A DNA stretch of 63,475 nucleotides, filler included, from Globobulimina sp. (lineage: Eukaryota), in the NCBI GenBank assembly GCA_003354225.1. It is 34 parts of 34 records of this genome, joined end to end, with 100 filler letters (N's around TTAATTAATTAA, not from the genome) between each part and the next. Parts side by side here need not be neighbours in the genome. Positions count along the whole stretch, not along the records: positions 1 to 1,771 come from PIVH01012135.1; positions 1,872 to 3,642 come from PIVH01012136.1; positions 3,743 to 5,513 come from PIVH01012137.1; positions 5,614 to 7,384 come from PIVH01012138.1; positions 7,485 to 9,255 come from PIVH01012139.1; positions 9,356 to 11,126 come from PIVH01012140.1; 28 more parts are not named here. One strand, written 5' to 3'. The stretch's first letter is position 1, and each line of letters starts with the position of its first letter. The notes below the pieces were generated by a model, which was not told where the DNA came from, ran no database searches, and saw nothing but the letters and a program-made list of their open reading frames with translations. Of this stretch, positions 1-11,226 are shown piece after piece. The position numbers and the translations under genes are program-made.

Positions 1-229
1 AAAAAAACAAAACAAAAAAACACTCAATAAAATATGCTTAAAAAAAAGAAGTACTACAACAATGAATATATAACAAATAAAAAAAAAATTAAAAAAAAAA
101 CAATATAAAAATGATATAATTAATTTGAAATTATTTTATGGAGGAAAAAAAATTGAAAAAAGAAGAAATTGCATCTGAAATTTTTATATAAAATATAAAA
201 TAAATAATTAAAAATATTTAAATATTAAA

Positions 230-1771
230 TCATTGATACACTTTAATTCTTTCACTAATATTCGTATTACAGACAGGACATTTATTTAATTTATCCGAAC
301 AATTCTCGCAAACCACATAATGACAACATGGTTTAAACAGAATATGTTTCTCCTTCTCATAACATACAATGCATTTGAACTTGGCACGAATAAAATTTCT
401 AATTGTTAAGTATGAATGATTCACATTTTGCTCCAATTCCAACAATTCATCATTGGATAAATTATTCAATCTCTGCCCTGTTAAAAATGACACTTTCTTC
501 TCCAAATGTTTTATACTTGAGATCAATTTGTTATTTTCCTTTAATAAATAATTCATTGTAAATACTTTCAGCTCATTGCAATTACAATTAAACAGATTAT
601 CCGCCAATAACTGTTGAATAATCTCCACTGAAATGCCATAATTTATATTATAAAACGTCAATATTTTATTAAACTGTTTATCAATGATCTCATTCTCATT
701 CAGCTCTATCTTCAAAAACCTCAAATCCTGCGTCAAAATCACATTATTTTCCAAACATTGCGTAGTGAGCCCATCCATATTGTACTTCCTTATAACAATA
801 TATCCGATATTAGCCACATTGAGAGCAGCAACTAAGACCAACTTAATATGTCCCACACATAGCAGAATATCCTTATTACTTTGATGCAAAAAAAATGACG
901 ATTCGTAATACGTCTCTTTATACTTGACAGCAAATGAATTATTATACACATTGTAACTTAAAATGGCTAAATGCTTATCGTGTAGCTGCGAAATATCATT
1001 AAACTCTGATTTATTCAAATAATAAAGTGTCAATTTGCCCGTCCGATCCAATGCCACAATGCCATTTGCTTTGGGGAAGGGTGTCACTAAAAAGATAACA
1101 TCCCGCGACACCTTTTGATGATACAGACATATTCCGGAAGAGATGTCGAATATTAATAAACAGCCCAGCTTTGTCACCGCATACAAAACAGAGCGACATT
1201 GCACCATTGAGACCACAAAGTCGTTGGAATGGTAAAATTGTACCTGTCGTTCGACGCGGATATGATATTTATACCCATCACAAGCGTCGATCTGCTTTCG
1301 TTCAAACTCGCCTTCACTTTGACTCTGATCGTCTGTTTGCTGCGTCTTTGTATATCTGTATAACTCCACGATATATAACTTTGTAATGCACTCATTTTCC
1401 GCAGATAGATATTCTTTTTTTGTATAACAAAACAAGGTGACATTTTTAAACGAATCCAAATCAGCAAAACAAGCGCCAAATGCGTTCATCTGTGGTTGTA
1501 ATATATTATTATTGATGTCGTACAAAGTCAATACACCATCCACACCGTCCACAGTGCTTTGAGTCAAGCCTTGGACGAATAAATAGTTGCCGTCCTTGGA
1601 CTGGTCATAATTGATATACTGCACAAAGGGGTTCGCCTCGCAGACACTCGCATCATTGGCAGCATGTTGTCCATGGGTCGCAGCCAAAGATAGTATGCAT
1701 TTGGATTTGCTGCCACTTAATGTCGGTATCCAATGATAGACACAAGTTCGAGTGATGAAAGCGATGATTCT
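230..1771 (-). CDS. Clathrin heavy-chain N-terminal beta-propeller-like domain fused to coiled coil and C-terminal RING finger (5' partial)
   Basis: ORF open to contig edge. IAFITRTCVYHW, YINYDQSKDGNYLFVQG, NDFVVSM..LYAVTKLGCLLIFDISSGICLY..VSRDVIF..NGIVALDRTGKL parallel the clathrin terminal domain. C-terminal CIVC..PCCHYVVCENC..CPVC is a C3HC4-type RING. Confidence 0.8.
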   Translation of the reverse strand, partial: RIIAFITRTCVYHWIPTLSGSKSKCILSLAATHGQHAANDASVCEANPFVQYINYDQSKDGNYLFVQGLTQSTVDGVDGVLTLYDINNNILQPQMNAFGACFADLDSFKNVTLFCYTKKEYLSAENECITKLYIVELYRYTKTQQTDDQSQSEGEFERKQIDACDGYKYHIRVERQVQFYHSNDFVVSMVQCRSVLYAVTKLGCLLIFDISSGICLYHQKVSRDVIFLVTPFPKANGIVALDRTGKLTLYYLNKSEFNDISQLHDKHLAILSYNVYNNSFAVKYKETYYESSFFLHQSNKDILLCVGHIKLVLVAALNVANIGYIVIRKYNMDGLTTQCLENNVILTQDLRFLKIELNENEIIDKQFNKILTFYNINYGISVEIIQQLLADNLFNCNCNELKVFTMNYLLKENNKLISSIKHLEKKVSFLTGQRLNNLSNDELLELEQNVNHSYLTIRNFIRAKFKCIVCYEKEKHILFKPCCHYVVCENCSDKLNKCPVCNTNISERIKVYQ

Positions 1772-1871
1772 NNNNNNNNNNNNNNNNNNNNNNNNNNNNN
1801 NNNNNNNNNNNNNNNTTAATTAATTAANNNNNNNNNNNNNNNNNNNNNNNNNNNNNNNNNNNNNNNNNNNN
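1772..1871. other. Artificial contig spacer (N44-TTAATTAATTAA-N44), repeated about every 1.87 kb through the window
   Basis: The same 100-bp spacer, with stops in all six frames, separates 34 contigs of near-identical, slowly decreasing length. Confidence 0.98.
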
Positions 1872-3642
1872 ATACAATATCCATCATAAAATCTGCTGGA
1901 TTCACTAAATCAGGTTTAACATATCCAAATTCTTCAAAATACGCCATTGCTTTCTCAGTATCTCCCATATAAACCATCTTACCTTTAACACATAATTTAT
2001 ATTCGCATTGGCAATATAAAAAAGAAGCCATTATATATAAAATAATATGCATACCGCCGTCCGCCAATAATATGACATTGTCAAATGCACTGAAGATCTC
2101 ATATCGTGGTTGATGCAAAACCACCAAAACCAGTGTGCCTCTGTCCGCGATCAACTTAAGTACTTCCATGACATCATTGGATGTGGTGGCGTCCAGTCCG
2201 GAGGTTGGCTCATCACAAAAAAGTACAGATGGCTGAGATACGAGTTCCATGCCAATATTTACACGTTTCTGTTGTCCGCCACTTATTCCTCGCTTTACAT
2301 CATCGCCAATCAGTGAGTGCCGAATGTGTCCAATCTTCAACAACTTCAATACATCGCGAACCACTGATTTGCGGTAATCCACACTCAGTTTGCTGGATAA
2401 ACGAAACTTAGAATTGAATGATAACATCTCTTTCACCGTCATCTCTGCCGTCATGGCGTCACTCTGCGGCACAAATCCAACAATATCCTGAAACTCGTGA
2501 ATGTTTTTGCGCTCCCCATTAATCACTATATTTCCTGAAATCTTGCCATATGCTGCAGCCTTACCACATAATGTAAATAAAAAACTAGTTTTCCCAGCAC
2601 CTGTTACAATATCATACAACTTCTACTGCAACAAAACATATCCAAACATAACAAAACATACCGGATGGCCCCTTTTCAATGTCCCACATAAATCTAAATC
2701 AGGATCCACATTAATTACGATATAGATACATACCATGATAGCATTGACTGTGCCGCAATGCAAACGTCCCGAACAATCATCTAATATGGTTTTATCATTT
2801 GATTTTAAATGCAATGACAAATTACGAAATTCAACATCCATAAAAAAAGCCAATTTCTGCGGCTCGCTCGATTTTTCATCATCGTCACATTCTGCATCGG
2901 AGTCATCGCTCCACGGCGAGGCAGAGGCGGCATACGACAAAGAAGTGTGTTCATTGTCCAATAATTCATATTCTTGGACTGGAAGTTCATTGTCCAATAA
3001 TTTCCGGTGAGGTTTATCGATATCCTTTGAAAACAGTGTGGACAAATTCTTTTTTTTGCGTTGATTCCGCTCAGCTCGAACTTGCTCAAAATCCTTTCCA
3101 GTCCATTTCCGATACACTTTATTAAACATCCTCGAAGCATATGCTTTGAGTGTGTCATAGAACATTAATATAAATACAACTATCAATATGTCACCAAATA
3201 CAGCTCCAGCCCAAAATGTATCATTCTGCGGACTGCGCGATCCCGGAGGGCAGTCTTGTAACGGTGAACATTTAAACGGCTCAGAGCTGCCAGCCCGGCA
3301 CGAATATCCTTGCGGACACTCTGCTTTTTCTGTTGTGTTTGTGCAGTATGAGCCAGGCGGACACATAGAATCATCTACGTAGGAACCACCACATCCCATC
3401 CAAGCTTGATATTGACTAACTTGCCCTGGACTCGATGCATCGACATAAGCTTGATTGCAGTTTGGATATGTTGCAGTGTCCTGGGTATTGTGTGTGGGAT
3501 AATATATGTATATGTATTTATTGATATATATATATTACATACTGCGGATGGACAATATGAGCCTTTCTGTGTACATTGCATCATACAGTACATATCTGCT
3601 GGACAATAATAGCCAGGACAACAGGCTCTTGTGTATGGGTAA
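1872..3642 (-). CDS. ABCG-family half transporter with Cys-rich extracellular N-terminus (multi-exon, partial)
   Basis: Walker A (GAGKT), signature ISGGQQKRVNIG, Walker B LFCDEPTSGLD, H-loop VLHQPR and NPADF motif. CPxGxxC repeats and a TM helix lie upstream; ORFs 3375-3593, 2623-3399 and 1872-2619 are interrupted by short introns. Confidence 0.9.
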
Positions 3643-3812
3643 NNNNNNNNNNNNNNNNNNNNNNNNNNNNNNNNNNNNNNNNNNNNTTAATTAATTAANN
3701 NNNNNNNNNNNNNNNNNNNNNNNNNNNNNNNNNNNNNNNNNNATCATAGGAGAGGGTTTGTCAGGCAAATATGATCATATATTGTATGATTTTTCCTAAG
3801 TGAATGTGTGTT

Positions 3813-3984
3813 TTTTTTACACGCAAAAATATGCCCTAGTTAGCTTAAGGTGGTGTTGGTCGAAACTGTCGCCCGAGTTAGCCGAGTTTTTTTTGGGAAA
3901 TATTTTGGGCTAACTAGGGCATACAGTTGCGTGTAAAAAAGTGCACCTTTGCCTTACGATAACTCGGGCGAGTCGCTCGACCAA
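3813..3984. repeat. Two interleaved inverted-repeat pairs (A-B-A'-B')
   Basis: A 3813-3844 / A' 3909-3940 (32 bp, 3 mismatches). B 3856-3880 / B' 3960-3984 (TTGGTCGA-N5-TCGCCCGAGTTA and its reverse complement). Confidence 0.8.
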
Positions 3985-4022
3985 ACTTTTTTTGTGCGTT
4001 GAATTAGGTTTATTGGATGGTT

Positions 4023-5087
4023 TTAGTGTTTTGTATGGTTTTGGAGATTTTGTTGTTTTTGGAGAGTTGGGAGTTTTGGATGTTTTGCAGATTTTGGAGT
4101 TGATTTATGATTTTTGTTTGTGTTGTTTTTGTTGAGTGGTGAAGTTGCGTGTCCACAGTGATTTAAATTCGAAACGTAATCAGATATAGCAGAAAAACCT
4201 TGTTGATTATTAAATTTTTCTAATAAAAGAACATAACATTCTTGGAAATGTAATTTTGAAATTTGTTTAATTCTTGAATCATTACAATTTACCACACCAT
4301 TCCTTACTGAAATATCAGTAGAATAATGACCACAAAATATACTTGATCCATGATGATTAACAACAGCTGTCACTTTATACGCAGTGTAACTGTTATTGCA
4401 CTTTAATACAACAGGTTTTTCACACCTTGTTTTGAAAAGCGTTTTAAATTAATCATCAAATATTTATCTGATAACTGTGCAAATTGTGTTTTTTTTTGTC
4501 TTCATGTTTTTTGTTACAATGTTCACAACACAATAATGTCACTGGTTCCGGTTTTGTGTATTCATCAATTAATTGTTGCAATGAAGTGCTTTGAGCTTTT
4601 GCAGGTAAATTAAGATGTAACATATAATGTGGTTCTATGCTACAAATATGGCCGGTTTTTTTATCATTACAATTTAACCAGTCGCTTGTGGCAAATGCAA
4701 ATTTTTTTCGAACAAATTGTTGCATTTCATCAATTGTTGAAACATTTTCGGGAGTGACAATGAAAGCATCTGGTATGATATTTTCATTTTTTAAAACAGC
4801 GATCATGTTAAAAAAATACCGGATACATTCTTCAGCATCTTGTTCATTATCAATATCCCATCGTGGATCAGGAATAGTTACATCAGTGGTTGGGACTTTT
4901 GATTTGGTAATTAATGTAGCCAATGAAATTTTTTGCAGCAGTATTACAATAAGATGATGAAATTGAGTCAGAACTTTGTGCCCGTAATTTTTTGATTAAT
5001 GTAAATGTTGTTGCTAATGCGTCACTTTCTTTTTTTTGATATTCATCAAAAGCACCCGGCCAAGGAATTACATTGAAAAATTGGGGC
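4023..5087 (-). pseudogene. Frameshifted ubiquitin-specific protease (USP, peptidase C19) remnant
   Basis: EQDAEE motif, CEHC zinc ribbon, LMINLKRF (separate frame) and His-box YKVTAVVNHHG..CGHY lie in different frames. No Cys box seen. Confidence 0.7.
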
Positions 5088-5120
5088 TATTGTTCAGCCA
5101 ACAAATTGATTTACTTATTC

Positions 5121-5430
5121 ACAGGGATGGGTCCAAACGGGATGCGTCCAAACGGGGGCTCGCTTCCCGTTTGGACACTATTTAAAATACTAACCTATTC
5201 TCATCTATTTTTCATGGATTATTGTCATTTTTCATAGAATTATTCTCATTTTTCATAGAATTTGTTCAGATTTTTCTCGAAAACGTTTCCAGACTAGTTT
5301 AGGTTAGAAATATTTTCGGACTTTTTCGAAAACGTTCTCGGACTAGAAATATTTTCGGATTTTCTATACAAGTCCTTATAGAAACGTTTTCAGAATTTTT
5401 TCGAAAAAATTCAATATTTCCTATACAAGT
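5121..5430. repeat. Transposon-end-like repeats and degenerate AT-rich tandem repeats
   Basis: GTCCAAACGGG twice, then its inverse CCCGTTTGGAC. Repeated TTTTCATAGAATT, GAAAACGTT and TAGAAATATTTTCGGA units follow. Confidence 0.55.
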
Positions 5431-5613
5431 CATTAAGTGAATTCCTTTCTCAAACACAATCTCAAACGGCACACACTGAACAATCTCATACGCCGCACAC
5501 TGAGCAATCCCAANNNNNNNNNNNNNNNNNNNNNNNNNNNNNNNNNNNNNNNNNNNNTTAATTAATTAANNNNNNNNNNNNNNNNNNNNNNNNNNNNNNN
5601 NNNNNNNNNNNNN

Positions 5614-6067
5614 ACAAATATATCTGCATTCAATGTGGGAGAAATTAATACCAAAATCAAAGGTAAGTAAAAGATTAACATATTCACAAAATAATAAAGA
5701 ACTTAAGGTGTCGACAGAAGTGGTAAACGATGTATTTTTGCCATTTGTTCGAAAGAATGAATTGATTAAAAATAATGATAAACCAATAATTTATTGGGTC
5801 GAGCCTGCAGATATTAAAGCAAATGAAATAAGCATTCGGTTATATGACTCAAATGAATCTAATCCAATATTTGTTGATGATAAGAGACAAGCAAATAAAA
5901 TTAATATCCAATTAACGCCGCAATATAAACTAATGGAAAAAAGAAAACCAATACCAATTATATTTATTTTCAATGATACCACAATTCGCGTATTTGTTAC
6001 TATGCGAGATGACAATGGAAAAAATAAAACAAAAGAAATTTCTGTTAATTTTGATGTTGTGCGATGA
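5614..6067 (+). CDS. C-terminal part of an HSP70-12 (HSPA12)-like protein
   Basis: VFLPFVRKNE...IRLYDSNESNPIFVDD...IFIFNDTTIRV resembles the C-terminal beta region of atypical HSPA12-type Hsp70s. Confidence 0.5.
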
Positions 6068-6137
6068 ATTTTTATTAAATTAAAGTGTGTTTCAGTTTGA
6101 TTGAATTGATATTAATTACCATTTTTTTACCTTGACC

Positions 6138-7029
6138 ATGGCCGTTAGAGTAATGACAATCTTGTTTTTCGTATTATTAACGTTATCATCTGCATTCAAA
6201 TATAAACAGGAAGAGTGCACTGTTGGTGCCGTAGAAGCCATCAACAAATGCATGGGTCCAGAAGGATGCATATGCGAACCTTTAACAAAACAATGTGGTG
6301 ATTCATGTGCAGAAAGAGCACAAACAGGTAATTTAGCCGCCGATTTACAAGCAAAGGCAACAACGTTAACAAAAACGACTAGATATGCTGGTGATTTATG
6401 TGACAATGATTTAGCGGCTATGAGGTGTCAACCTGACTGCGAATGTAAGCATCGTAAATGTCAAGGAACAGCCTGTAAAACAAAAAAAGAAGTAAAGGTA
6501 TCATGCATAAATTTTATCCAACACAAAAAACAAACATTTCTACAAAAAGGCTGCTTTAAAAAAAGCGAAAAAAGCAGCTGCTATGAAAAAAGCAGCTGCT
6601 ATGAAAAAAAAAGAAACCGAAATGGAAATGGTTTCAAAAGAAGCCCCTTCAAAGAAAATGTTCTCTTTCAAAGGTTTTAAGAAACCGAAATGGACATGGT
6701 TTCAAAAGAAGCCATTGACACAACAAGCCGCATATGGAAGTTATTACGGAGATGAATTATATGAGGAAAACGAAAATGTAAATATGTCATCTGGCAATTT
6801 TGGATTTATTACACAATTTGTGATGGTGATAACTGGTGTTATGATATTTTGTGTATGCTGTGGCCTTTGTATTGTATTAAATATTGGTATTGCTTATTTT
6901 GGCTGGGTTTTGGGCAAATTTGTTGCTAAAAATAGTAATTCTAATTATAAATTATTACAAAGAAATGCCACTGATGTTGATGTTGAAGAAAATCAGGTTT
7001 ATTTTTTTTTTATCCTTGCACTTGAATAG
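6138..7029 (+). CDS. Signal-peptide, Cys-rich single-pass membrane protein (intron 6498-6549)
   Basis: Hydrophobic N-terminus and Cys-rich ectodomain. Removing the 52-nt GT..AG intron joins ORFs 6132-6680 and 6583-7029 in frame; TM helix near the C-terminus. Confidence 0.7.
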
Positions 7030-7484
7030 GTTTTTGGTAATTATCTGTTTTATATATATAGGAGTTGGTAGTATAAATACAAAAAACATTATATTTATTT
7101 TTTGTTTTTTGATGGATTAGATTGAATCACTCGTTTCATAGACTATAGTCATCGCTTTTGTAAATTGTTTTTTTTTATTGTTGTTTTTGTACGTATCAAA
7201 TGTCATCACTAATTTTTAAACAATCAATGTGTCATTAGGAGCATGTCGAAATAAGTGATTTTCCCGAAATAATAGTATGCACAACTTTTACGACCTTCTT
7301 TTTGTGAGTTTTTGTCCACTATCGTCCTGCACAACTGCGCACATCTGCGCATGCGAGAAAAGATTCAAGTTTTTTAGTAACCAANNNNNNNNNNNNNNNN
7401 NNNNNNNNNNNNNNNNNNNNNNNNNNNNTTAATTAATTAANNNNNNNNNNNNNNNNNNNNNNNNNNNNNNNNNNNNNNNNNNNN

Positions 7485-8933
7485 ACCTGCAAAACGTTAA
7501 CAAACAAATCTAATGAGACAGCAAAGTCTGTTGATGAAGGAAAAGAAGCTGAACACACAGAAAAAACAGATGAAAAATTAAATGAAAACGCAAATAACAC
7601 AAAACTGTCAGCAGGAAAAAATGAATTTCCTTATAATGTAAATGTGTCATCAGTTACAAAACAAATCGCATCATATGGTATAAATATATTTAGCGATGGT
7701 ATTGAATTTACAAAGCAAATATTACAAAAACAACAACAAGAAACAACCAATTATTCCGACCGATAAATTGATAAAACATATGAAATAATCGACGAATCAT
7801 TAAAGAATATGATATTTACAGACAGGGACCACTGCGTTGGACAGCTTGTTTTAATGGAATCAGACACACGAATTCAACAAAGAATACGTGGCTTTTTAAT
7901 AAAAATTGGCATCGAATTGCCAATCAGTGACTGGTCCTATTTTGATATATTAATAACTGGGATTTTGAAATGTGGCACAATAAAAATAATAAATTTTGTT
8001 GATAAAGATTTAATCGGTAAAATATTGCTCGGTTTATGCTGGATTATACCTCCATTTATTCAACATTTCTTCGATCAGAATATTAATAAAATCATCTCAA
8101 ACATTATTATCATTCACATTCATTCATTTTGTTGTTTGTTGATGATTATGTTCGCTGTTTATGATATTGTCAGTTCATTAAATAAATATGATTGGAAAAA
8201 ATCTATTTTATTTTCTTTCATTTTAATTGCATTTTCCGTATTTTATTATTTGTTGTTTTATTCACAAAACATATTTAATTCCTTATTATGTATAATCCTC
8301 ATTCCATTTTGTTGGAGATTTATTAAATTGAAAGGCGGCTTAAATTGTATGGATATAAATAAGTACGTTTTGTATGGTGATAACAATGAGAAATTACAGG
8401 ATATTTACAGTGGTTTATATGCCCAGGAATTATATATGAATGAAAATCAATATGTTATTGATAAAGTTTGTGAAATTACAAAAAATGTGGTCAGCAAAAA
8501 GAAAAAAAGAAAATATTGTGCATTTACTGCATTGTTGCTGTTATGGATTTGTTTTGTTTTTAAGTTTTGTGGACATGTTTGTTATTTGTATGGTGAATAT
8601 AAAATTGAATGGCAATATGTGTCAAACAATGGAGATAATCATGAAAATATAGAGAATGTGACAGATCATTCTGCAGTTGATGCATTTGTATGCTCTAAAA
8701 ATGATATTTTATGCGATTGGGTGGTGAATGAAATGAAACTGCCTCAATATTTGGATGTATTTAGAGAGCATGGATTTGAAACTATGGATTTAATATGTTC
8801 ATTAAATGAAAATAATTTAAACGTAATGCAAATATATAAACAAGCTCATATTAACTTATTGATTGAATTTACAAACACCAAAAAATGTTCAACGTTATGT
8901 GAAAATGAACATGGTCAAACGTGCCATGGTTAA
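7485..8933 (+). CDS. Multi-pass membrane protein with C-terminal SAM domain (5' partial)
   Basis: Several TM helices; DWVVNEMKLPQYLDVFREHGFETMDLI..L..MQI..AH is a SAM-domain pattern. Confidence 0.7.
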
Positions 8934-9001
8934 TATGTCAAACACACGATTAAATTAAATAAAATTTAAGGAAAAAACTAAGTCAAGTCAAAAACTGCAA
9001 C

Positions 9002-9255
9002 ATGACACTAATTCATTCTTTCTACCGTTCAGTGAAATTATCAAACCGTTCTTTGGTAGTATTCAGGGTCAGACATTTTTCCAATACAACAAGATCGGGT
9101 CAGAACATTCTTGAAATTTTGGATGAAAATCAACACAACAAAGCGACCTCAAAAAGAGAGGAAATGGATGGATATAAATTGAATAATAATCCACATCAAT
9201 TCTCTGACTATCAAAATGAAATGGAAGCACTGCTTACAACGAATACAATGGAATA
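9002..9255 (+). CDS. Hypothetical protein N-terminus, possible mitochondrial transit peptide (3' partial)
   Basis: R/S-rich, acid-free N-terminus with an RHFS motif; ORF runs into the gap. Confidence 0.4.
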
Positions 9256-9764
9256 NNNNNNNNNNNNNNNNNNNNNNNNNNNNNNNNNNNNNNNNNNNNT
9301 TAATTAATTAANNNNNNNNNNNNNNNNNNNNNNNNNNNNNNNNNNNNNNNNNNNNCCACGTACATGCAAATTTGGCATTATCCATAAATAAACTACCTAA
9401 TCCGTGTAACTTTGTGTTACCATAATTTCAAATAACATACAAAAACATCACGTAAAAATGTCAAAGGAGTTTCTGAAAAAGAAAGATCATATCCTTCCAA
9501 TATGTATCCAAAATGTATCTCGAATTCGCGATACGTTGATATATATCTGAAATACATCTGAGATACATATGGGATACAGCTAGAGTTTTTGGGTTAGCTT
9601 GATCAGACAATTCCTTAATAACACATTATGAACGTTTTAGACATAATTGAAAACTTAATCAAATATATCAATGCTAAAGTTCCAGATGACAGTAAATCAG
9701 ACCCTTCCCCACCATCAGGTAATTATATAACATTAATTAAGATATACACAAAATATAATTAATT

Positions 9765-10724
9765 TTGGTATATTTGTATATAGATCCATCCAAAGAATCT
9801 AATCAATACCAACCTAAAGCAACAAATTATAGTACATTTAAGTTTTCAAATATCTTTCGACCTGATGGTGGTAACGAATTTGAAAAGAACTTATCTCCGA
9901 CGCTATCATGGTTAGCCAAAGCAATGGAAGATTGTGTGGTATTTCCCATATTGCCGATATCTGACAGAAAAAACAAATCTGTATTAGATGTTGCATGTGG
10001 TACCGGCCAATATTGTCATAGAATGCAACAATTGGGATTTGGTGAAATCCATGGAATCGATATATCAGAAACCCAAATAAATTCAGCAAAGAATCTGTGT
10101 AAAGATGCAAAGAATGTATCATTCGAAGTAATGAATGCTTTGAGATTATTAGATGACGAGCGATATCATAATAAATATGATGTTGTGAATGCATCGTGGC
10201 TTTATATGCATGCTCGAAATGAAAAGGAGTTGGATATATTAACCAAAGCAACCTTCAAATGTTTAAAGAATGGCGGTATTCACACCGGAATGGAGTGGCA
10301 TTCAAATATGATGGGGTCAGAGCGAGAGGAATGGGAGAAATTCGGCGTATATTTGTTGTTCGATACATATCCAAAATATAAACCAAAGGATGGACAATTT
10401 GTTTATACATTATTTGGAATCGAAGGCGGTCCGCGAATCGCTGCAAATAAAACCATCAAAGATGTCGATGGAATGGATGAGGCGATCAGAGATAAAATTG
10501 ATTTTGGAACGCAGCTAAATGGATTTTTTTATAAAGAACCAACAATTACAAAATATTTACAACAAAATGGGTTTAATAATGTTGAGTTTATTGATCCTAA
10601 AAACTGGGACTTTGTATACGACTCAAATGTGAGTACTTTGAATGAGAAAGAAAGAGATGTATTTTCACAATATATCAAAATGGGAAATTTAGAAATGTGC
10701 GGATTTAAAGCATTCAAATTATAG
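9765..10724 (+). CDS. Class I SAM-dependent methyltransferase
   Basis: VLDVACGTGQ motif I, GIDIS, YDVV and LKNGG. True start probably upstream of an intron near 9718-9783. Confidence 0.85.
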   Translation: MVYLYIDPSKESNQYQPKATNYSTFKFSNIFRPDGGNEFEKNLSPTLSWLAKAMEDCVVFPILPISDRKNKSVLDVACGTGQYCHRMQQLGFGEIHGIDISETQINSAKNLCKDAKNVSFEVMNALRLLDDERYHNKYDVVNASWLYMHARNEKELDILTKATFKCLKNGGIHTGMEWHSNMMGSEREEWEKFGVYLLFDTYPKYKPKDGQFVYTLFGIEGGPRIAANKTIKDVDGMDEAIRDKIDFGTQLNGFFYKEPTITKYLQQNGFNNVEFIDPKNWDFVYDSNVSTLNEKERDVFSQYIKMGNLEMCGFKAFKL

Positions 10725-11226
10725 TTTATGCGTTAATTGTATACTTGTAATGTTCTCTGTGGTCATATAATCTGACATATATACTTGTATTGTTTATAAT
10801 AATTATATCCACATTGCACAATTTCAAGTTGTATACAAGTTGGATATCTGCTATACAAATACTAGTTGTATACAATCATATATATTATTTATTTTCCAAC
10901 GCCCTCCACTGTTTTAAACGATGCTGTTCATTTATTTGAAAGCTTACTGTATAAAGCAACATTATATGATGGCAGAATTGATGTGAAGTGTATTCATCAT
11001 ATTATTATATTATAAGCAGTACACGTAATGGATGGCCGTATGGTTTATCGCCTGGCTCATTACATTTTGGTATCAGGATTCAGGAGTCGTGGACGCCGCT
11101 CAAATTACAGCAAATATGTCCAAACGNNNNNNNNNNNNNNNNNNNNNNNNNNNNNNNNNNNNNNNNNNNNTTAATTAATTAANNNNNNNNNNNNNNNNNN
11201 NNNNNNNNNNNNNNNNNNNNNNNNNN

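Noticed and set aside
9490-9585. ATGTATC/GATACAT palindromic cluster
   Set aside because: Short and degenerate, with no TSD or second copy in the window; probably a MITE remnant with nothing further to support.
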